From: Conidiobolus incongruus B7586
Lineage: Eukaryota
NCBI GenBank assembly: GCA_000697335.1
Contig: JNEM01010781.1
Span: 1 to 64,000 of the forward strand
Direction: 5' to 3'
Length of the DNA: 64,000 nt
Numbering within the stretch: position 1 is the first letter of the stretch; each line of letters starts with the position of its first letter. A model generated the notes under the pieces. It saw only the letters and a list, made by a program, of their open reading frames with translations, made no database searches and was not told where the DNA came from. Both the position numbers and the translations under genes were made by a program. Of the stretch, positions 54,440 to 64,000 are shown one piece after another.

Positions 54440-57250
54440 AATCTAAAAACTATTTAAAAATAGATATATTAAACCTTCTTCTTTACTATAAAAATCTCTA
54501 ATCTTTTTTGTATAAAAGGTTAACAGTGGTTAAAGATTATATATTAATAATTATATTTTAAACTCTAAAATTATTAAGGATAAAATTTTATTATTAAACC
54601 TACATGATATTAAAGATAAACTATATAAATCAATTATATTTACTAAATTAAATATTAAGAATAGATATTATAAAATTAAAATTAAAAAAAATTCTATCTT
54701 TTTAATTATTTTCAATATTCTTTTAAGTTACTATAAATTTACTGTTATATACTTTAAATTGTGTAATACCTTTGTAACTTTTACTTAATTTATCAATTCC
54801 CTTTTTAACCTTGTTTTTAATAATTTTATTATTACTTACTTTGATAATATTTTAATCTATTTAAAAACTAAAGAAGAATATATTTAACATATTAATTAAA
54901 TTTTATAAATTATTCAAGAATATAAATTACTTTTAAAATTATTAAAATATATCTTTAATACCTCTTCTGTTTTTTTTTATGGTTATATTGTTTCCTTTTA
55001 AAAAATTAGTATTGATTTAACTAAACTCAATAGTATTAAAGCTTTTACTATATTTATAAACAAAGATTAACTTATGTTTATACTTAGATTATTAAATTAC
55101 TTTAAAGATTTCATTGATTTTTTTGTTGAATTTATTACTTTTCTTACTAATCTTTTAAAGAAAATCTCTCTTTTTAAATAAACCCTACTATATATTTTTT
55201 ACATAAATACTTTAATTTTCTATATTACTAATGTTTTTACTTTATCTATTTTTAATCTAAAACTATTTATTATTATTTTTACTAACTCTAATTCTTTTAT
55301 AATTAGTAAATAATTAACCTAGTTTAAATTTAATTTATATTTTACTTTACAACTATAAAATAAAATAATAAATAAAAGAGAATAAGTTGAGTTTAACTTT
55401 ATAAATATTACTTTAAAATTAATAATATTCTAGTTAAAAAAAAATAAAACTAGCTGAATTAAAATACCTAGTCTATAAATAAAAACTTTTTACTTTAATA
55501 GAAATAATCAAAAATCACTCACACTTCTTATTTTATAATTTTTTCTTAGTACTTACAAATTATAAATTACTTATCTATTTAAATACTCAAAAGTATTTAT
55601 TAAGAAAATAAATTAGATAGATTAAAACTATCTAAGTTTACTTTTTCTTTATTTAATATCTTTTAGGTTAATAAAATTATATTGTAGATACTTTATTAAA
55701 AAATTTTATATACTTATTTTTTTATTCTAATTGTAAAAATCTAGCAAATATTAACTTAATGATTATTAATGAAAGAAATAAAAAATTTATTAAATTACTT
55801 TAAAAAACACTGTTAAATAATGATTTCTTTATTTTAGTTAAAGAAGAACTTTTTAAACCATTAGAAAACTAACTAAAATATGTTAAAAAATTTAAAATTA
55901 TCAATAACTTACTATATTATTATAATTATTTATATATTCTTAACATTCTTAAAATTTAACAAATAATATTTAATGAATGTTATAATTTACTTATTAGAGA
56001 ATATTAAAACTAGTTAAAAACTGTTGAGAAAATTAAAATAAAGTATTACTAACCTTCCCTAGTTAAATTAGTTTAGAAATACACTAATACCTATAATATA
56101 TACTAAAGAACTAAATATAATACTCAACTAAAATATAATAAATTTATTCCCCTACAAGTTTCTAATAAAATTTAATAATAAATCTAACTTAATTTTATAG
56201 AAATTTTTAAATCAACAAATAATTATAATAATTTACTAATTATAATTGATTCATTTTCCAAATATATTTATTTTATTTTTTATTTCAAAACTTCTATAGC
56301 TAAAGATATTATACAATTGTTATTTTTTAATATCTTTACCTATTATAAAATTCTACAAACTATTATATCTGATAAAGATATATATTTTAACTTTTAATTT
56401 TAAAAGTTACTATTTTTTTCCTTTAAGATTAACCTAGTTATATTTACTATTAATTATTATTAAACTAATAAACTTGTTAAAAAAACTATTAAAACCTTAA
56501 AGTAAATAATTAAAGTTTATATTAACACTAATTAATTAAATTAAAACACTTATATCTATTAACTTTAATATTTATTCAACACTTTTATTAATAAATTAAT
56601 AGGTTTTAACTTTTATTTTATTAATTATAACAAACATCCTAATTTAATAATTACTCTAAAACTTTAAATTAACTTACTTTTAAATATTGTTGAATTTTAA
56701 TCTAATATCAAATATATCAATTCCCTTGTTAAATTTAACTTAGAAGAAAATTAAAAGATTATAGAATAACAATACTTAAAGTTATTTAGAAACCCTTTTA
56801 AATATAAAACTAGTATGTTTGTATATTTAGAACAATTTACCTTTAAACCTACCCTACTTAAATTTAGCTTAAATCCCAAATATTTACTATTATATTATAA
56901 TCCCTATAAAATTTAATCTATTGATTTAAATTTTGAAAATATTACTTTAGAATTACCTTCAACTTTAAAAATCAACTTTACCTTTCACATATCTAAAATT
57001 AAACCATACTTTAAAGATTTTAACACTTTTCTTAATTAATTAAAAACTTTAAAATTAGATCTAATTATTAATTAAAATAAAGAAGAAGAATACTATGTTG
57101 ATTATATAATTAAGTTTAAATTTATTAGGAATAAGCTTTATTTTTATATAAAATAGATAGGTTATTTTATTAAAGAAGCTACATAAGAACCTTTAAAAAA
57201 TATTAAGAATACTTTAACCTATTATACCTATTTGCAAAAAATTAAAGAGT
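54440..57250 (+). pseudogene. Degenerate pol (RT, RNase H, integrase, chromodomain)
   Basis: RT: IFFV*KVNSG*RLYIN, FTKLNIKNRYYKIKI, YKFTVIYFKLCNTFVTF, YFDNILIY (54837-54848 = YFDD). RNase H: IFTNSNSF. Integrase: IIDSFSKYIYFI, IISDKD, YNPYKI, LELPSTLKINFTFHISKIKPY. Chromodomain: EEEYYVDYII...YIK*IGY..EAT*EPLKNI. Confidence 0.9.
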
Positions 57251-57280
57251 GTGTCTCTTTTAAAAAACCTACTAAGGGAG

Positions 57281-57680
57281 TATTAAGAAACTAATTCTTT
57301 AAATTCTTATATATACTTTTATATAATCTAATTAACTATAAATTATATAATTAATTTATATTTATATAGTTAAATTAATTGTATAAATAGTATTAAATTA
57401 TCTAATAAATTAGGTTTTTCTTTTTTCCTCTTAATTCTTACTATTTTTTACTTTTACACTATTTCTAAAATTGAAACTACATTCCATTAATATTGTAGGA
57501 TATTGGCACTACCTAATATAAATCTTAATATATCAGTGACTCATCCTAGTTTGAAGCTTAATTAAACTTTGTTTACACTTGCATACTACAGCCACATTAT
57601 ATTACCATGTTCTGTACCACACTACTTTTATATTAAGTCTTCTTCTGTACTATATTAGTTTAACTACCACTACACTTACA
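57281..57680 (+). repeat. 3' LTR
   Basis: Aligns with the 5' LTR; ends ...CACTTACA, immediately followed by the TSD TTTCT. Confidence 0.93.
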
Positions 57681-58343
57681 TTTCTAATTATTATAATATA
57701 AACTTGATTAGTTGTTTTCAGCTAAAATAGCTTTGTAATATAATATAAAAAGTTTTTTGTTTATTAGTCTTATTTTTTTCACTGTTTTATTATATATTAA
57801 ATCTTTTATAAAATATAAATCAGATTTAAATAAAAAATTAACACTAATAAGCAATTGTAAAAAGCTTAAAAATAAGAACTTAATTGAAAAATATTTTTGG
57901 ATTTTTATTTTAAATATAAATACTTATTATGACCCATATGTTCAATATATTTAATGTATTCATAGTTATTTTAATAAAAATATACCTAAATGTTATTTAT
58001 ACCATTACCACCATTTTAATTTTGAACTATAATTATTAATATTATTATTATTATTATTATCATTCGAAAAAATATATTAAATATTAATATAAAAGTAGGT
58101 TACCAATTTAATACTAATTAATAAAATATAATGAATAAATTCATGAAATATAACATTTGTAAATTAAATATAAGTTCTAGGATAAGGAAAAATTATTAGC
58201 AAGTAACTAGATTTGAATTTAAAAATAGCACCATATAATTGCTTAAATTAGCAAAATCAATATAATGAATTATTTATTATCTAAATTATTTAATTAAATT
58301 AATAATAACACTATATAAGTTGTTATAAATGTAAAATTGCCAT

Positions 58344-58424
58344 CAACAACTACAGATTTGAACTGTGTGTGGGTAGTTTCCATCAGATATCAAACTGTTT
58401 CCTTAACCAATCAGAAAAACTGCC
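58344..58424 (-). pseudogene. Decayed Ser/Leu-type (long variable arm) tRNA pseudogene
   Basis: Minus strand reads GGCAGTTTTTCTGATTGGTTAAGGAAACAGTTTGATATCTGATGGAAACTACCCACACACAGTTCAAATCTGTAGTTGTTG: A-box-like TGGTTAAGG, B-box-like GTTCAAATC, but broken stems. Confidence 0.6.
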
Positions 58425-59116
58425 ATCAATAAACTGAAAAATTTGAGATTAAAATTTAATCCAATTGATTTATTAGCAACTCAGTTAAATAAAAATTAAT
58501 AGATGTTGATCATATTTAAAATGTAAATATATGTTAATTTGTTATAAAATAGCTATATAACTATGGTATTCATATATTTTCTTTTGTAACTATTGTAATT
58601 GATACCCTTATAATTATAGAATATATGAAATTTCAACCGATTTACAATGAATAGTAATTTATAAAATCGTCTAAAGATTTAAAATAAGACTATATTCTCA
58701 GCAATTTAATTTAATTCTGCTTTAATAGTAATTTTCTATATTGAAATATTTTCATCAAAAAACTTGTTATAAATATTATTGATATTAGACAATATATGAT
58801 AATATATTGAAATATATAAAATCCTATTATAATATGGAAAGATCATTTTACAAAATACAAATATTTAAAAAAAACAAGTTTAAGCAAAATTCAAATTAAT
58901 GCCATATACAAAATAAGCTCACATTATAATTTAAATAGAAACCTTGTATATACATAAATATCAAAGTTAATCAAATATATTTAAATGACATGTGGTCAGT
59001 ATAATTTTATTAAATGTGAGGGAGATTCAGATAATATTTTAGAATATTGAAATAAACGAAAGCATTGATCATATTCAAATAAATATAATGGAGAGTAAGG
59101 CAAATTTGAACCAATT

Positions 59117-61844
59117 TCAGTGAACAATGGTTGCATCAAGCTTAAGCTGATCGTAGCCAATAGAGCTATCAGTATTTGTCTGAGCCTTGGTTTGAATGTA
59201 GTTTAAGCTTCCTTCAAAGAATTTGAGTAAGGATGCGAGGTAGTCTGAGCTGTTGGTACCATCCAAAGATTGGGGTTGAGATTCACTTAAGCTGGCATAG
59301 TTGCTCTTGATCAAATCAATTAAACCATTAATGTGACTGGGTTCAATTGATGGACATTGGTGTTCAAAGAAATAGAAATAACGATTAAGAATTTCAATCA
59401 TTAGTTCGATGGACTTGACTGGATCAATGACAGAGTGGGCTACCTTGAGTGCACGGTTTAAGGTATCCATCACTCTCTTAGCATCACGATGCTGAACTAC
59501 GGGACGTTGGGTAACAATATCAGTGGCAGGAGGTATAGCAGGTTGGTCAGATTCTGGTTGGTAAAGCTGAGGAACAGATGGAACAGGCCAAAACAAGTGA
59601 GCAGAGTGGTACAAAGCACGACATTGGTCGTGTTTCTTGAGCAACTTACCTGAATGCATGACACATTTGGTTGTGAGGGCATCATAGTTATCAGCATCAA
59701 AGTCACGAGTAGAGTGAAGAGTGCCAATCAATAAATGAATGGCTTGGAGCTGCACATTGGATTCACTAATGCACTCTTCATAAATAGTTAAAGCTTGAAC
59801 GAAAAATTCATATCCAAGAGTTTGGATACCAAGTTCATCACAAGCAAGCCCGGCATTTAAATAAAGCTTATAAGCTAAATCATGGCACTCGGCCTTGCTG
59901 TATAAAATCGAAATGGTCTGATGTAAAAATCTAAACAAATCAGAGCTACGATTGTACCATGCATCATCTTCTGATTCGGGTCTAGGAAGGTAGGATCTGG
60001 CAAGCTTCAAGCAAGAAGAGACGATTGAGGGGAATGTGTATTGCACACGAATACCTCCTTCACTAAGTTCTCTTCTAACGATATTAAGAAGTCTGAACAT
60101 TTGATCATTGTCGTCGGTGTAAATCAAATGAATCAACTTTGCTAGTTGATGCTGCTCGTTGACAAAATCCTCATCGTTATCGCCATTAATTCCTCTCAAC
60201 GATTGACCTCTTCCCGCCAATTTTGAAGAGGTTCGACCAAATGTGTTGGCATGATGGGGGCCACCATCAGGTTGATCTTTAGCCAAGACAGATACAAGAT
60301 GGAAAACCCCTTCACACTCAGAAGGTTCAGAGATACGTTGGTTTTGTTTGAGCAACGCAGCAACGAGAGCGAGGCCAACAGATCTTCTGGTGGAATAAGG
60401 CTGAGAATCAAATAATGATTTATAATGAACAAGTTTCAAAACTGTCAATGCATTAGGATAAATACGAATTGGTGCCAAGAGGAGTTGAAGCAAATTGTCC
60501 TCGGTAGCGGCATTGTCACCTGTATGAGCAGCAGGATCCAAGTTCAAAGCATAATCAAGCACCTGATCAACATATTCCAGATTCTTAGGGTAGCAGTTAA
60601 GTGAAAGATTGATTAAAGAGACTTGAAGAGCGGTAATATCATGGAGAGGGATATCGGGACGAGCTTTGACAAGTTCAACTACTTGAGTCCAAAATACTTC
60701 GAATAATTTGACGTCATCAGGGATTCCACGAGAGACAGAAGATTTATCATCAGATTCTTCCTGAGTTTCAGCTTGAGATTCGGCTTCACGAGATGCATAG
60801 GCAGCCAGACGATCAATGAGTGAGATATAAATGGATTTAGGTGAAACACGAGGATTAAGCTGAGCAACCGCAGAGAGGAAAGGGGTCAAAGTACGGAGAT
60901 GGAAATCATCTTGGAACACTTGGATAACGGCTTCCATCAAATATTCTTGAGCTAAGACATCTTTACAGTTGATAATTTGTTCAAGTATATCAGGAAGAAT
61001 CAATGAAGAATATATATTTAAATCAATTCCCTCAAGTGTAGCTAATCTGACAAGATTGGAACCGACAAGAGTTCTAAGTTCTTTACGCTCCATCTCCCTG
61101 CGTTCTCTATCCCTGGAGTGTCCTTGATGCTGTAATCTAACCCAAAGCTTATTCATTTCAGTGAAATTAATTAAAGTGAACTGGATGGAATCTTTCAAGC
61201 ATCCAGAAGAGCTTTCTTCTTCTGAGGTGGGTAAATGATCTTTAGTCATTCCTGATAAATAATGTCTTAAAAACAATCCTCTGGTAGGATGCTGCACACC
61301 ACGACACATTTCCAACATATCTTTCATAATTTCACGAACAGGAGCATCGGGCATAGACATGTAAACTGAACCAACTGTGATCATTAAATAAAGTCTTGGA
61401 ATGATATTTCCTGCATATTGTACCAACTCATATAAATCAGCCAAGTGATGACGATTGGATTGGTGAGCATCAGCCAAATAAGTTGTCATAAATCTAAGAT
61501 TATCGAAGATTGCCATATAAAGTTCGTAGTAATGTTTTGGAGAAAGAACAGAAGTACGAAGTTCAGCAAGCATTCCTGAACAATGTTTCAAAGCATCCAT
61601 CAAACGATGTTGATCCTAATAAATAGATAATTAGATGTTGAACAATATTTTTAAAGTAATTATAAATTTCAAAGAAGTCACAATAAAAATATGTGCTTAT
61701 TACCAAACAACGTTTCATCCCGAGAGATTGATGTTTAACTACATTAAGAGCATCGTCAAGTAGTTTAATTTGCTCTTCTACTACTAAAGTAGCAGAGCTA
61801 TTGTTAATTGAAGTTCCTTTACTGCCTATTGAAGAAGATGACAT
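59117..61844 (-). CDS. VPS35: Retromer subunit Vps35 (exons 61844-61704 and 61615-59117)
   Basis: LMDALKH..MLAELRTS.LSPKHYYELY, LYELVQYAGNIIPRLYL, RGVQHPTRGLFLR, EMNKLWVRLQHQG, KLLKKHDQCR. Confidence 0.96.
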
Positions 61845-62984
61845 GGAATTAGGTCTAAAGATTGATCTTGAATTAGTAAATCATATCATTATATTGAAAA
61901 TTAGTCAATATTGTTGAATACCTGCTTATTAATTGGGATATAAACTAATTAAACTGTTGATAATAGGTTGAATATTAAAGATAGTAATTGATTTAAGGTT
62001 AGCTATTGATAAAACAGTATTGAAATTATAGCGTAATTTAAGATATTAATTTTTATTTTGATTATTTATTAGTCAAATTAATCAGAACGAATATAAAATT
62101 TCAAGAGTATGGGATAAATGATAATTTTAAATTCCACAGTCCTTTCTGATTCTTATGTTTATCCAATCACTTTCTAGTGCAACGTATTTAAATTAGGTTT
62201 CCATAAATTACCAATTCTCCTAAATTTCAGGCGAATTATAACAAAGATCCTTTTGATTATTGAAAAAAAATTTTCAATCTAATTATATAAAAATAATGTT
62301 ATTTAAAGAACAGTAAGCATTTTAATAGACTTATTATTAATTTATTTTCTACTATAAATAGACTCAACCAATTCCGTATATAATATATATATATATATAT
62401 ATATACTATATTTCAAAAATGTATGTTAGTTATTTATAAAATAAAAAATTTAAGAAATATTTCAAATTTTGCTATTTAATCATCTATTAATAAACACATG
62501 AATATTCATATATAATAAAATTGTAACCAAATATATTTTTATCTCATTTAATAGGGTTTACAATTATCTATTAAAACCAGTTATCCTTGATTTGTATATG
62601 AGTTTTTTGAGAATCATAAATCAAACTGTTAAAAATTTATGATTTTTATTAATTTCATATACATTTAATGAAATTGTATTTAAAATTAAACACCAATACA
62701 TATAATAGTGTGCTTTCTAAATCATAAATTAATGATCTAATAATCCACTATATAATAGAATATCCTAACATTACTAATTTTAAATATAATATATTCAATT
62801 AGATACTACTCTAATATTTGAACCTAATAATATCAATATCAATTTCAAATTACACAATTACGGTTAAACCCATAAAATTGTAAATAACATTTATATTTTG
62901 AAATTTAAAATTGTTTGTGTTTGAAATTAAAATATAAATATATATATCTAGTGTATTAATTTTGTAAACTTAATATATGCAATA

Positions 62985-64000
62985 ATGGAAGATGACCTTG
63001 ATTCAATTATAAAATCAACTGAAGATATTGAACTCTCTTATGACAAAAATCAATTTAAAAGAATTTCCAATGTGAATAACTTATTTGACTCTAGCAATCC
63101 CTCTATAAAACAAGTACTTATCTTTTATAGAATTATTTAAAGCAATATATAACTTATTCTTTTAGGATATTATACGTATGATAAGTCAGTATCTAGTATC
63201 TGAAGGTTATACTCTAACAAATACTATATTAAACGATGAAGCCCAATTAAAACAAATTGAATTTGAAACTTTACAAACTGATTTAAATAGGCTAAAAAGT
63301 TTAATTTTGGAAGGGAATTGGAATGAAATTAATGAAAATTATTGTAATAAGCCTTTTTTAACTCAACATAAATATTTCTGCTATGCTGTTTATCGTCAGC
63401 AATTTTTGGAGCTTATCGAATACAGAGAAATGCAAAAAGTAGTATTTGATTTATTTTTAATTATATATTATATTAAATTATAAAATAGGCTTTTGCATTT
63501 TTAAATAAGCGTTTAAAACCTTTAGAGCACCTTGAGAGGACTTGTGGTGAATTCCAAGATATGTGTTATTTATTAACAGCCAAATCTGTGCATGAAGCAG
63601 CTTCTTTTAAAAATTGGGAAGGAGTTGGCCCTTCTAGAGAAAGGCTTGTTGAGGAATTAATGCATTTAATGGAAATTGAGGGCTTAGACCGACCTTACCA
63701 ATCCAATTCTACACTTCCCCCAAACCATCTCGTTTCTTTACTCAAACAAGCAGTCGCTTACCAGGTTCAAAGCTCAAATCGATATATTCCTAATATCCAA
63801 CCTAAAGTTGAAACCCTTTTACAAAGTTATAGCAGTCCAATGATTCCTAATTATTTAAAGAGAAGCTTTGTTGGTCATAAAGCAAATGTTAAGTGCTGTC
63901 AATTTATGGATTTCCAGGATAATGAATGGATTTTATCTGGTTCTAGGTAAAATTGACTTTAAATTATGTATAAAATTTATCTTAACTTATTTTAGCGATA
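62985..64000 (+). CDS. LisH-CTLH-WD40 protein, multi-exon, runs off window end
   Basis: LisH IIRMISQYLVSEGY, CTLH ILEGNWNE..YRQQFLELIE, LLKQAVAYQ, first WD repeat FVGHKANVKCCQF..ILSGS. Confidence 0.75.

Larger units (their letters stand above)
51578..57680 (+). mobile_element. Full-length, hypermutated Ty3/Gypsy chromovirus LTR retrotransposon
   Basis: LTRs 51578-51974 and 57281-57680, outer termini TG...CA, 5-bp TSD TTTCT (51573-51577 and 57681-57685), purine tract AAGGGAG before the 3' LTR. Internal remnants run in the order gag knuckle, RT, RNase H, integrase, chromodomain. Confidence 0.95.

Overview
AT-rich eukaryotic DNA with ~50-nt GT-AG introns. Gene content (RTT109, Boi/Pob1-like, ITC1-like, MBIP, BCKDH E1-alpha) points to a fungus, most likely an early-diverging non-Dikarya lineage; the taxonomy is inferred. 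About 20 housekeeping genes and one tRNA-Ser(GCT) are present; several multi-exon genes (Rdx/SelW-like, RPL38, much of MBIP and DUS2) are absent or fragmentary in the ORF track. Two fossil systems are invisible to the ORF track. (1) At ~23.5-25.3 kb (minus strand) lies a decayed IS607-type element: serine-recombinase tnpA, a Fanzor2/TnpB RNA-guided nuclease gene and a still-foldable omega-RNA-like right end, with a probable solo LTR at its left end. (2) At 51578-57680 lies a full-length chromodomain Ty3/Gypsy retrotransposon with a TTTCT target-site duplication. Its two LTRs differ by ~50 substitutions that are all C/T or G/A transitions, a RIP-like hypermutation signature that is also seen in the Fanzor element. 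All motif comparisons were done by eye against recalled family consensus, not by database search.
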